Shown here: one piece after another, positions 30,614-41,004 of the stretch
Position numbering within the stretch: position 1 is the first letter of the stretch
How the letters are laid out: every line of letters begins with the position of its first letter
Virus record (IMG/VR): IMGVR_UViG_3300022671_000005
Coordinates: 64,001-128,000 of that record
Reading direction: 5' to 3' (one strand)
DNA from: a virus
Taxonomy: Duplodnaviria; Caudoviricetes
DNA length: 64,000 nucleotides
The notes under the pieces: generated by a model
What the model was told of the DNA's origin: nothing
Databases searched by the model: none
Seen by the model: the letters and a program-made list of their open reading frames with translations, nothing else
Made by a program: the position numbers and the translations under genes

Positions 30614-33600
30614 ATGAGTATACCTATCTACAATGAGCTGTTGGTGAACTACACAATAGAGCAGGAACTTGCTCTATCTGGTAGTATCACTGCACAAACA
30701 AATACAAAGTATACTGCCAGTGGTAGTTATACTTTAAATCTACCAAATGTTTTGACCACTCCCCTAGGTTCTGTTATTATAGTTGAACAATCTTCTGGAA
30801 CAACTACTGTTGAAGATCATACCTCTAGACGAGATTTATTTGATGAGGATGAAGAGCTTGATACGGATACTGTAGAATCTGGTGAAACTGAAGGTTACTA
30901 TTTACATTACTCCTACGGTAGGAGAATGTGGGTTAAGTTAAACAACATTCTATTTTCGGAAGGTGGAGGTGGTGGTGGAACTGCTGACCCACTTGAAGTA
31001 TTCACAGTTGCAGACATCACCACTAGAGATGCTTTACCTATAGGTGTTGCACCAGGAGAGGTTTCAGAAGGTGATGTAGCTGTTGTCTTAGATTCTGATG
31101 GTGAAGGTACTAAACAGAATTACACATATTTCACTGCCACAGGTTGGATATTATCAACTGAACTCACAAGTACTTATACAGAAACATTCTTTGCTGCTGA
31201 TGTGGCTGGGAGAGATCTTCTCCCTACAGGAACAGGCGTCAATAATGTAAGTATTGGTGATAACGTCATTGTTGCCGACGGTGACGGTAATGGTAATAAG
31301 GTAGTGTTTCAGTGGACTGGTGCTGGTGGATATGTTATTGTATTTTCTGAAGCTAACCAAGCAGAAGAGATTTTTACTGTAGCTGACATTACAGAACGTG
31401 ATGCATTGACCATTGGTCCTGGAGTTGATGAAGTGTCTAATGGTGACACTGTCAAAGTCCTTGATTATAATGGTTATGGATATTCAGCGCTGTACACTTA
31501 CTATGACGATACTGGATACGTGTTAACGTCCACATACGGTAACGAAGCTCTAGAGAAACTAGGTAGTGAAACATCTGAAGTCACAGGCTTTGTTGACAAC
31601 GACGCTATCGTAAGTAGTTATAATTCTACAACACGACAAATCACATTAACTCACCCATCTGGTGAAATAAAGTATGTTTGGAGAAATACGGTAAGATCCT
31701 TAGCTTCACCATATGTTTCACCATCACATCCTGATGTTAATGATAATTACTTTTTATCTATGGTTGATGGATCTAACCCAACATGGAGTACTACACCTTG
31801 GGAATTTCATCATATTCAAATGGGATTTGTGTCATATAATAAAATCCCCAGTGTTGAAATTGGTGTAAGAGAAACTCACGGTATCATGCCATATGAAACA
31901 CATAGAGAATTACATTTCAACTTTGGAACATGGAAAGAAGATGGTTCTGGTAAATTAACTACTGGAACTTATATTTTAAATGATGATACAGACGATGGAT
32001 CTATCACCCCAGGCGTTGATGTCGCATACTTGAACGATGAGGACCTTAGGTCAACACTGGCCACATTGTTGCAAGGTACATATACTGTTCATTATTTAAA
32101 TGGTGCTGGAGTATCATCTTTTTCTGTAGATGAACCTTTGCCATTCAGAACAGATGGTACTTGGATATACGCCAACCCAAAGGTTGGTAGTGTTTATACT
32201 GATACACCTTTGTCTAACGGAGAGTTTGTAAACGTTTGGTGTATCATGATTCCTACCATGTCAGATGTAACATCTCAAAAGTTTAGGTTTGTCTGGCAGA
32301 CAGGTCAACATATTTACAATAGTCTAGAAGCAGCATTGCAAGAAACCACCCAATCTTTAAATCTTGGAGACTTGGGTATTCTTTCTGCTGAGTTTACAGT
32401 TGGAATAAGATTAACCTTTGAAGCCAAAAACGTATATAGTACTAGTGGTAATGCAGTAATTGCCAACGTTGATTATATTTCTGGTACTTCAAAAAACTTA
32501 CTAACTGGAACTGGTACAACAGAACTTAGTCAAGCATTGTTAGATGTTGCTGACTTAACACTTGAACAAACAGGTTTTGTTGATAATGACAATGTTGGTG
32601 TTTCATATAATAAAACCAATAGAACTATAACTCTAACACATCCATCTGGTATAATCAATTATCTCTGGAGAGATAGAATAAGACAGTTGACATCACCGTG
32701 GACGTCGGATCCACATACTGATGCAGCAGGTGTCTATTATCTTAAATCTAGTGATGGTGTGAACTTCACTTGGGAAAATGACAGACATCCTTATTCAGAT
32801 TTGCTAGTAGCATATGTTGCATACCAAATGCCTAATGTTACAGATGGTGGATCAATAAAACTACTATATGGATTTATGCAACATGATTCCCAACATGTAC
32901 TTTCCCATATAGCGGGTGCTTTTAAAGAACCTAATACTGGCGAATTAACAGTTGGCACATTTACAATAGAGCCTGCTACCCCAACAGACGCAGACAATAC
33001 TCCTGGTGTAGATTCAACAACTGTTGTCGATCAAGATCTAACAACAATTTTGCCTGCTCTTACACAAGGGTCTTATACACAACACGTGTTGGGAGTTGGA
33101 GGTGAGTCTACCTTTATCAAAGGAGCTTCTTTCCCATTTAAGGTTGATGGTTCTGATACATTGGTGGCTAATATAGCAGACACTAATGGAGACTACACTG
33201 ATGTGGTTGTTCCTAATGGTAAGTTTGTTAATTTGTATCTCATCGCCATACCTGTTGCAGACGATGTAGATTCTCAATCATATCGGTATATATGGCAGAT
33301 TGGTCAAAAGATTCATTCTGCTATAGACTTGGCAAAATCGGAATCCCCAATCGAGTTAGATCTAGGAGAAATGCAAGAGTTAGCTATCAATTTTGTAGTG
33401 TTAGCTAAACTCACATTAATTGTTCGTTCAAGTTATACCACCACTGGAAAATGCCGTATTGAAAATGTACAGTATTATCAAGGAGTGAATTCTGTTCTCA
33501 TCTCTCAAGAAATGAGAGCCATTGCACAACATGTGCATGAGAGATCAGATATACTTGGAGAGCCTGTGGCTAATACAGGAGCTGTTTCAGTTCCACATGG

Positions 33601-34315
33601 ATATGCTGTAGGTTTAGATGATTTGGGTAACTATAGATTATACACCGATGCAACATATTCGTTTGTTGGAGTAAACACTAACGGTGATGCTCCTGTTGAT
33701 GATATCATGCACATTAAGTGTCTTGGTATAAATGATGCTGTAGTTATTGATTCTGCGACACTAACTCATGGTGATGCTCTACGTGTTGATCTCACTACTG
33801 GTAGATTGACAATATATGTGCCAGGTACTAAAATTTCACCTGTAGTCGCTAGATTTATCAAAGACCTTGATGGAACATATGCAGTAGTTCAACTAGTAAC
33901 TCCATTCTGGCCAGAAAGGTTTATGATGCAATTAACATCCATGGGTGTTGTAACTCCTGGATCTACTAACATATTAGAAGATGACTACGAAGGTGGTAAA
34001 TTCATATATGTCGGTGATGATTCTTACTTGTACAGAGCCAGGGCTAAATATAAGGTTCCATCTGCGGTCGCAGCTGCATTTGATATATTGAAAGATGCAG
34101 TGTCAACTACCACAACTGGTAGTAACCGAATGGTTCCAAATGCCAGTGCTGATACTTATGGTGCATGGTACTATCCAGACGGTGGTGAAACTGCACTATT
34201 CAAAACTGGAGATGAGATAAGACTAGCTGATGATTCAGTTGGATCTATAGATGGTGAGGATCTCACCATACAGTTTGAATTCGAAAAACGAATACTCTGG
34301 AACCAGAGAACATAG
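30614..34315 (+). CDS. Large modular tail-fibre/appendage protein
   Basis: 1233 aa, acidic. Three ~62-aa repeats (VAD...RDAL..G...VS.GD) and two ~320-aa repeats (TGFVDND...ITLTHPSG). Confidence 0.75.
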   Translation: MSIPIYNELLVNYTIEQELALSGSITAQTNTKYTASGSYTLNLPNVLTTPLGSVIIVEQSSGTTTVEDHTSRRDLFDEDEELDTDTVESGETEGYYLHYSYGRRMWVKLNNILFSEGGGGGGTADPLEVFTVADITTRDALPIGVAPGEVSEGDVAVVLDSDGEGTKQNYTYFTATGWILSTELTSTYTETFFAADVAGRDLLPTGTGVNNVSIGDNVIVADGDGNGNKVVFQWTGAGGYVIVFSEANQAEEIFTVADITERDALTIGPGVDEVSNGDTVKVLDYNGYGYSALYTYYDDTGYVLTSTYGNEALEKLGSETSEVTGFVDNDAIVSSYNSTTRQITLTHPSGEIKYVWRNTVRSLASPYVSPSHPDVNDNYFLSMVDGSNPTWSTTPWEFHHIQMGFVSYNKIPSVEIGVRETHGIMPYETHRELHFNFGTWKEDGSGKLTTGTYILNDDTDDGSITPGVDVAYLNDEDLRSTLATLLQGTYTVHYLNGAGVSSFSVDEPLPFRTDGTWIYANPKVGSVYTDTPLSNGEFVNVWCIMIPTMSDVTSQKFRFVWQTGQHIYNSLEAALQETTQSLNLGDLGILSAEFTVGIRLTFEAKNVYSTSGNAVIANVDYISGTSKNLLTGTGTTELSQALLDVADLTLEQTGFVDNDNVGVSYNKTNRTITLTHPSGIINYLWRDRIRQLTSPWTSDPHTDAAGVYYLKSSDGVNFTWENDRHPYSDLLVAYVAYQMPNVTDGGSIKLLYGFMQHDSQHVLSHIAGAFKEPNTGELTVGTFTIEPATPTDADNTPGVDSTTVVDQDLTTILPALTQGSYTQHVLGVGGESTFIKGASFPFKVDGSDTLVANIADTNGDYTDVVVPNGKFVNLYLIAIPVADDVDSQSYRYIWQIGQKIHSAIDLAKSESPIELDLGEMQELAINFVVLAKLTLIVRSSYTTTGKCRIENVQYYQGVNSVLISQEMRAIAQHVHERSDILGEPVANTGAVSVPHGYAVGLDDLGNYRLYTDATYSFVGVNTNGDAPVDDIMHIKCLGINDAVVIDSATLTHGDALRVDLTTGRLTIYVPGTKISPVVARFIKDLDGTYAVVQLVTPFWPERFMMQLTSMGVVTPGSTNILEDDYEGGKFIYVGDDSYLYRARAKYKVPSAVAAAFDILKDAVSTTTTGSNRMVPNASADTYGAWYYPDGGETALFKTGDEIRLADDSVGSIDGEDLTIQFEFEKRILWNQRT

Positions 34316-34336
34316 TCCCAGGGTATAATAACTATG

Positions 34337-34370
34337 CTTCAGTAGATGGAGCATAATCCATCTACTGAAG
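34337..34370 (+). terminator. 14-bp-stem hairpin
   Basis: CTTCAGTAGATGGA-gcataa-TCCATCTACTGAAG. Confidence 0.7.
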
Positions 34371-34401
34371 TGTAATTTTTTAACCTAAGGATTTAAATAA
34401 A

Positions 34402-37400
34402 ATGATAATTGTAGGATCTGATAATAAATATTTGTTTAGAAAATTTGGTGATAGAATATTTGATCTTGATCCAAAGACACATTTGCCTGTAGCAAACGCA
34501 TCTGGTGAATTTGAATCGTGGGAAGACTTCTCTGAAAATCAAGCTGATCTTGATTCAACAATTGAAACGCTTAGTCCAGATAGTGATTTTGAATTTGAAA
34601 CATCATTGACTGATGGCATATCTTTAAATGATGCTATAAGAAAAAAGTTTGATTGGCATACTGGTTTGACTAGAGATGAAAGTTGGTTATACATGTCAGC
34701 TGATAAATTAGTTGAAGTCCCAACCTTCTTGTTTAACACTATAACTGACGAAATATCTATAACCTTCCAAACATATGGTGGTTCTAGGTATAGTGATGTT
34801 GACAACTGGTTATTCCATGGTGCTAGAAAAGACGATGGTGGTGTTGTTGTCGGAGCTAAGGTTACTGACGCATCTGGGAATATCGAATTTGTGACTGGTT
34901 CACAAGTAGGCGATATCAACACTACTGAAGATTTATCTGTTTCAGTTCCAAATTCTGACGATAGTGAATTGATCACATGGACATTTATAAAAAATGCTAC
35001 AACTGGATATATTCGTTTATATAAAAACGGAGTTGAAGTCGTAAATAGTTCTGGCAACACTCTTGACATTGCCGATATAGAGAGATTCGTTATAGGTGGA
35101 ACTTTCAATTCAGAATATTGGAATGGAAGAATTTCATTCTTTAGGATTGACAATGTTGAATTAACTCCAGAAGTGATTAACCATCTTGCTTATCCTAACA
35201 ATGCATTACAAAGTTGGCCTGAAGCAAACTTTAATACTATGGCTTTAACCACACTGACTGGTGGAAGTGAAACTGGAACAGCTACAGTTCTCGGTACAAG
35301 TGTTGGTTTGAGACTATCTGGTGAAGCAAGACGTGCTTTGGATTTAAACTTTTCTCCAGCTAATGTTGGATACAATACATATTTAGAATTTGATTTTTAC
35401 TCCTCATCAGAAGGTGATCAGCATGCAATCGCTATTCTAGATAGTGATGGTTCTACAGATTGGACAAAAGCTTTCCAGATCTTTGGAAGTGTAACTACAC
35501 AAGGAGATCAGACTTATAATGATTATCAATTAAGTGATGGTTATAAACATTACAAAATACCTATTGGTCAAATATTAGGAAATCTAGATAATCATGACAT
35601 TATTGGTTTTATAAATACTGGTAGTGGAAATTCTGATTTTTACAATGTTAGAGTTGTAGAAGAGGTTATTGAAAATACTACATTAATAGATTTAAGCAAT
35701 CTAGATGAAAGTATTTATTTTTCTGCTGGTGATATCACATTGGCGAGATGGTATGACGCATCAGATACATCCACTATCCTACATACTTCTGGAAGAGTGT
35801 ATCAATGGAATGATAAAAGTGGTTCCAACAAACATGCCACACAAAGTACAAACAGTGATAGACCATCAACTGGTACAAGAAACATTAATGGATTAAATGC
35901 ACTAGATTTTGATAATGCAGCAAACTGGATGGAAATACCGACTCAAAGTTTCAACCCATCCATTCCGTTTGGCATTTTCGCTGTAGGTAAACAGGATGTT
36001 AATGATAGTGGCGGTGGTATCGTAGGTTATTCTGACAAAGGGGATAAAATCCTTGTCGATTTAAATGATAATCTATTTGTTAGAGCCTCTAATAGTGGTT
36101 CAGGGAATACCACCACATGGACCAGAGCTAATAACAATTTCCAATTGAACGTCATACGTGATAGTTCAGACGTAATCAAATCCAGTATTTCAGGAGCCAC
36201 TCAAGTAACACTTGGTAATGACGACGGATATTCACAGTGGAGCTATATTGGAAGGGTAGATGCCAATCCGCCCACACAATGCTTCAACGGATTAATTGCA
36301 GAAGTGATAATGATCAGTGGACCAATATCTACAACCACTCGTCAAAAGATAGAAGGGTATCTAGCTCACAAATGGGGATTAACCGGAAACCTACCTTCCA
36401 ATCACCCATACAAAAACACTAGACCATTGAAACAAGGTGTAATTGATACTATATCCTCAAATAGTATAATCGTAGATCAAAATGTTGATTTGGCATATAG
36501 CATCAGTTATGATGTAACCTCTGAAACAAGGCTTGAGTTCAACCTTAGAGGTAATGTTGAAGATGATCAGGTTATAATTGCTGTACAAGATAATCTTACT
36601 GGATATGAAGCAGGTGATCACGCCTTTAAGCTTTGGGGATCAGGAGTAGCTCCACCAAATGTTAATAGTGACTATGATAACTATCCAGGTGGCAATGTTC
36701 ATAAAAGATATTCAATACCTATAGGATCATATTTTACAGGTAATCAAACATATTTGAAATTTGTAATGGGTAGTACACAAACCAATGCAAATTTATCATT
36801 ATCAAATGTGGAGTTGGTAGAACCACCAACAATACCTGCAGATGATGATGATAGTGCTATAATTACTTATCAGTTAAGTGAAACTGGAGGTGGTAAAGTT
36901 ACAGACACTTCAGGCAACGAAAATCACGGTATGATAATTAAAGGTTTGTATGATAACCCATATGCTGGAAGAGCATTAGATTTTAATAATCTATTTAAAG
37001 CCAGTGGTGATTACTTTACAAACATGGCATTGCAAATTACCTTTGATGAAAGTCTTAATGGTAAGTTTTTTGATAAAGTTAATAACGCCCCTATCTACCT
37101 TCTAGGCGATGCTACACTTCAAGAAAGGGTAATAAGTCCTTCTGGACATTCAGCCTTGTTTGAAGGAACAGACTATTTAGCAATAGATTACACCATGCCA
37201 GTAATTAATGCATCTATGTCATTTAGGTTTAAGACAACCAACTCTGGAACCATGTGTATGGCTGCAACAGGTCTTGGTCAAACAATAACTGGTGCAGATA
37301 GATATGTTGAATTAGTTAATGGTGAAATCCAAGCTGAACTAAATGGAGAAACCATAATTAGTTCTGGTTTAACTTTAAATGATGGACAATGGCATCATGT

Positions 37401-39069
37401 GGTTTATTCGTACGGAACAACTTTAGGTGGTCAGAGATTAATAGTTGATGATGTGATAGTTGCTACTGGTTCACAAACTACTAGTTTAGAGACAGACCAT
37501 GATCATGTTGGTTTAGGCGCTAGAAATGCAGGAATCAATGACTTTGTTGGTGAACTGGATGACTTTAGAATATATACTGAAGTCATATCAGAAGTTAATG
37601 CTGCAACTATACGTGATAACTTTGGCACTGATGGATCTTATGACAGAGGTAGAAAGTTATATATGGAAGGGAGTAGTTTTTGTACACTAGACCTTTCATC
37701 AACTGTTACTATATCTGAAGATACCATAATTGAGTTTGACTTTGAGTCAACTGAAGAAGGTGAGTGGCATGGTTTAGTCTTCACTAACGATAATGGTAAG
37801 TCAGATTTCATTGAAGCTATAAAGTTATTTGGAACAGAAGATGTTTCTGATGACATAATTGATCATTATGATTACACTTTGGTAGATGGTGTTAAACACT
37901 ACAAGATACACATAGGTCAACTTATAACTTTAGACACTTACCAATATCTATCATTCATAACTAACAATGATGCATCCCCAACTATAGGGAATAGTTCATT
38001 TAGTAATATTCAAATATACGATAATCCCACAGTTTATAACACTGTGAACAATGAGTCAAGTATTGTTCTGTCTGGAAATGAAATATTGCAAATAGATACA
38101 GTTCCAGATATACAGGGAGTTGATCATTGTTTTGTATTCGCAGTTAAAACTAAATATGCTAATCAAACATTAATTAAACGTGGTGATGTTAGTGGTGAAG
38201 CATATGAAATATCTATAGATGAAAATGGTGATCTGAAAGTAACCTATATATCTAGTGGAGTTGAATATTCGTTAACTACAGTGTATCAAGTTGATGATAA
38301 TTTGACACATGAGATATGTGTATATACCGACTTTACTAACAAAACAGTATATGTCTTTTTTGATGGTGAAAGTACTTCATCTGTATTGGCACAATTACCT
38401 TCTACAGAACCAACAGGATCCTTATTCTTGGCTGGTCATGATGGTAGTGGTACTGATCAATATGTAGTTCCCTCTATCTTTGCAGGTGAAATCAACTTCT
38501 TCAGAATCAAAACTGGGTTGACTAGTATAGTAGAAGCATTGGCTTTGAGAAGAAGAATTGATGCTGAGACACCACCTTTGGGTGTTAGTATAAGAGAGGG
38601 AGAGTCCCCGATCTTATTCACTCAAGGAACAGTTCCAATAGATAGTTATGGAACTATTATCATGGCAGTTAAAATGCCATCTTCTTTGACTTCTAAGATA
38701 ACTGCATTGAGTGGTATAGATCCTGGATTAAACAAAATTAATCTTAGAGCATCTTCTTCTAACTTCTTATCATTTGAAAGAGTATTGGATGCAGAGTATA
38801 CTTCAGCACATGCAGTATCAGCTAATGAAACATTAGTTTTAGCATTTACTTCTGTAAGTGGTGAAAATTTTATGCATATAACTAAAAATCTTAATGGTCG
38901 TCAATCCATTGCAACTGCTGGTGATTATAAATTGCCAACAGAAGTGGTTGGGTTGAAAGGACCATTTGAACTAATAAGGATAGTTGGATACTCTAATCCT
39001 CTAACTGAGGTTCAAGAAAGGTATCTAATCCGACAAATAATGAAACATCCTAGTGTAGGACTTCTATAA
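34402..39069 (+). CDS. Multi-domain LamG/concanavalin-like adhesin (virion receptor-binding candidate)
   Basis: 1555 aa. LamG-like motifs (DGQWHHVV, GELDDFRIY, LYKNG, WYDASD..V.QWNDKSG..IEGYLAHKWG) alternate with a three-times repeated LEFDF...KHYKIPIG domain. Confidence 0.8.
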   Translation: MIIVGSDNKYLFRKFGDRIFDLDPKTHLPVANASGEFESWEDFSENQADLDSTIETLSPDSDFEFETSLTDGISLNDAIRKKFDWHTGLTRDESWLYMSADKLVEVPTFLFNTITDEISITFQTYGGSRYSDVDNWLFHGARKDDGGVVVGAKVTDASGNIEFVTGSQVGDINTTEDLSVSVPNSDDSELITWTFIKNATTGYIRLYKNGVEVVNSSGNTLDIADIERFVIGGTFNSEYWNGRISFFRIDNVELTPEVINHLAYPNNALQSWPEANFNTMALTTLTGGSETGTATVLGTSVGLRLSGEARRALDLNFSPANVGYNTYLEFDFYSSSEGDQHAIAILDSDGSTDWTKAFQIFGSVTTQGDQTYNDYQLSDGYKHYKIPIGQILGNLDNHDIIGFINTGSGNSDFYNVRVVEEVIENTTLIDLSNLDESIYFSAGDITLARWYDASDTSTILHTSGRVYQWNDKSGSNKHATQSTNSDRPSTGTRNINGLNALDFDNAANWMEIPTQSFNPSIPFGIFAVGKQDVNDSGGGIVGYSDKGDKILVDLNDNLFVRASNSGSGNTTTWTRANNNFQLNVIRDSSDVIKSSISGATQVTLGNDDGYSQWSYIGRVDANPPTQCFNGLIAEVIMISGPISTTTRQKIEGYLAHKWGLTGNLPSNHPYKNTRPLKQGVIDTISSNSIIVDQNVDLAYSISYDVTSETRLEFNLRGNVEDDQVIIAVQDNLTGYEAGDHAFKLWGSGVAPPNVNSDYDNYPGGNVHKRYSIPIGSYFTGNQTYLKFVMGSTQTNANLSLSNVELVEPPTIPADDDDSAIITYQLSETGGGKVTDTSGNENHGMIIKGLYDNPYAGRALDFNNLFKASGDYFTNMALQITFDESLNGKFFDKVNNAPIYLLGDATLQERVISPSGHSALFEGTDYLAIDYTMPVINASMSFRFKTTNSGTMCMAATGLGQTITGADRYVELVNGEIQAELNGETIISSGLTLNDGQWHHVVYSYGTTLGGQRLIVDDVIVATGSQTTSLETDHDHVGLGARNAGINDFVGELDDFRIYTEVISEVNAATIRDNFGTDGSYDRGRKLYMEGSSFCTLDLSSTVTISEDTIIEFDFESTEEGEWHGLVFTNDNGKSDFIEAIKLFGTEDVSDDIIDHYDYTLVDGVKHYKIHIGQLITLDTYQYLSFITNNDASPTIGNSSFSNIQIYDNPTVYNTVNNESSIVLSGNEILQIDTVPDIQGVDHCFVFAVKTKYANQTLIKRGDVSGEAYEISIDENGDLKVTYISSGVEYSLTTVYQVDDNLTHEICVYTDFTNKTVYVFFDGESTSSVLAQLPSTEPTGSLFLAGHDGSGTDQYVVPSIFAGEINFFRIKTGLTSIVEALALRRRIDAETPPLGVSIREGESPILFTQGTVPIDSYGTIIMAVKMPSSLTSKITALSGIDPGLNKINLRASSSNFLSFERVLDAEYTSAHAVSANETLVLAFTSVSGENFMHITKNLNGRQSIATAGDYKLPTEVVGLKGPFELIRIVGYSNPLTEVQERYLIRQIMKHPSVGLL

Positions 39070-40046
39070 TGCCAAATGAAAACATTACAGCAGAATGGGA
39101 TTCAAGCTCATATTCTGATAATGTTATCATTGAAACTTTAGACGATGGTTCTTATCTGTGGAAGGTAGACAATAAACGGTTTACCTTCGCAGATTACACC
39201 AACGTTACGGAGGCAGACATTCCTAACCCTTACTACCGTACAGGGTTAGAGAATGCTGTTTCTTCAGGTTCAGTGATAATAAAAGATGTGAATGTAGAAC
39301 CAGATAAACCACCAACGTATCGAATCTGGAATCTAGTACCACCTGATCAGGTACCACATGGTAATAAATCAATAGTACCTTATGCAGTTAACTATAAAGG
39401 TATTGATCTAATAAAAAGGTTGCATCCAAGGAATTGGATGGTCCATGGGTTAGTTGTACAAATAGTCTATTACGAACAGTATGATGTTGCAACAGAAACT
39501 TTTTCTAAACCAGTGATTAGAGAAAGATGGACTTGGACCCTCGATCCGGATACCAATTTTGTACAAAGTAGAAATATCAAAATAGAATGGTTTGCTAATG
39601 AAGATGATATGACAGATCCAGACAATTCAGTATCTGTTATACTTCCTCCACACAAAGAATATTTGAAATATTATACTGATCCTACATCTAAGATAAAAGA
39701 ATTGATAAGACGTAGGACGAATGTAACTTCCAATTTGGAACAAGATATAATCGGTATGATTATGTATACCGAAGGAATGGTAGTAACAGATGCAATATAC
39801 GTTGGACAGTTATTGTTGACACAGTATAATTCTTTGAAATTAGACTTCGTTAATCATGGTACCGACGATCTTGCTAATATGTTAATGTCTCCAGATGCAC
39901 ATAATGATCACCCTTGGTTGGGAAATGATCTTGCAATCCTTGGATTACCAGGAGTTACTATAGCACAATATGTATACTCTGAATTAACTACAGATATATC
40001 TGATAAACTAGATACATTCAATTTTGACGATATACCAGAATACTAA
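39069..40046 (+). CDS. Hypothetical protein, translationally coupled to the adhesin gene
   Basis: 325-aa ORF; TAATG overlap. Confidence 0.75.
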   Translation: MPNENITAEWDSSSYSDNVIIETLDDGSYLWKVDNKRFTFADYTNVTEADIPNPYYRTGLENAVSSGSVIIKDVNVEPDKPPTYRIWNLVPPDQVPHGNKSIVPYAVNYKGIDLIKRLHPRNWMVHGLVVQIVYYEQYDVATETFSKPVIRERWTWTLDPDTNFVQSRNIKIEWFANEDDMTDPDNSVSVILPPHKEYLKYYTDPTSKIKELIRRRTNVTSNLEQDIIGMIMYTEGMVVTDAIYVGQLLLTQYNSLKLDFVNHGTDDLANMLMSPDAHNDHPWLGNDLAILGLPGVTIAQYVYSELTTDISDKLDTFNFDDIPEY

Positions 40047-40061
40047 AAAGATTGATAAAAA

Positions 40062-40099
40062 CTCTATCTACAGGTACCCTAGGGTACCTGTAGATAGAG
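40062..40099. repeat. 38-bp perfect palindrome centred on CCCTAGGG between convergent genes
   Basis: CTCTATCTACAGGTACCCT|AGGGTACCTGTAGATAGAG. Confidence 0.88.
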
Positions 40100-40130
40100 A
40101 TTATTTTACATTCGAGTACAGTGTATCACA

Positions 40131-40970
40131 TTACGGTTTATTGGGTGGTTTAGTACCACTATTTATTGAACCCGTATTATGTTGTATAATTGGTTGATTA
40201 GATTTTTCATTTGGTTTAAAAAACCTATCGGCAATCTGAATATATGTCCAAAGACATCCACCTAATGCCATAACGATATAGGCAAACCATCTAACAAACT
40301 TAACAAATTCCAAAGCAGGTTTACTCATATTTTCAATATTCTCATGGTCCTTTTTATTATCGCCAACTACTTTCTTTATTTCAGATCTACTTTCTTTAAT
40401 AGCAGTTCTAAATTCGTCAGCTAATTTAATAACAGAACCTTCTAACCTTTTGTAGTCCCTGTCTGTACTATTGTCTAAGTTTTTTAACTGAGTATCGATA
40501 GTAGCATTTCGTTTTGCTTGGCTTTCTATATGAGCAGTTAATCTTCCATTTTGACCAGCTAATTCAGTTTCCATTTTAGCTTGAGCCTCTTTAACAGACT
40601 CCATTCTAGCTAAAGAAACTGTTAGATCACTAATACTTTTATTGAAGGATCTAAGCTCCAATGTAAATCCCTTAATAGCATCACTATTCTGAGAGTTATT
40701 TAATTTAATATCTTCTCTTAAATGATCGAACTCTCTCTTTATAGTGGTGTCTCGGGATTCAATACTACTAGTCATGGCCTCTATAAGACTCATGGATTGG
40801 GACGATTGTTCGTGTGCCCTAGAAGCTAATCTATGTGCCTCCTCAATACCAGTTATCAAAAACCTATGAGTTTCAGAAAGTTCTTCTGAACCCATAGACT
40901 CTACCTTCTCAACAAATTGAGACTTAGGTAAAGGTTTGGGAGGAATTAACTCTTTTTCATCATTAGGCAT
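40131..40970 (-). CDS. Coiled-coil protein with C-terminal transmembrane helix
   Basis: Heptad-rich body; FVRWFAYIVMALGGCLWTYI TM segment; RBS AAGGAG. Confidence 0.7.
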   Translation of the reverse strand: MPNDEKELIPPKPLPKSQFVEKVESMGSEELSETHRFLITGIEEAHRLASRAHEQSSQSMSLIEAMTSSIESRDTTIKREFDHLREDIKLNNSQNSDAIKGFTLELRSFNKSISDLTVSLARMESVKEAQAKMETELAGQNGRLTAHIESQAKRNATIDTQLKNLDNSTDRDYKRLEGSVIKLADEFRTAIKESRSEIKKVVGDNKKDHENIENMSKPALEFVKFVRWFAYIVMALGGCLWTYIQIADRFFKPNEKSNQPIIQHNTGSINSGTKPPNKP

Positions 40971-41004
40971 ATTGTAACTCCTTTCAAGTGGAATACACTA
41001 TACC

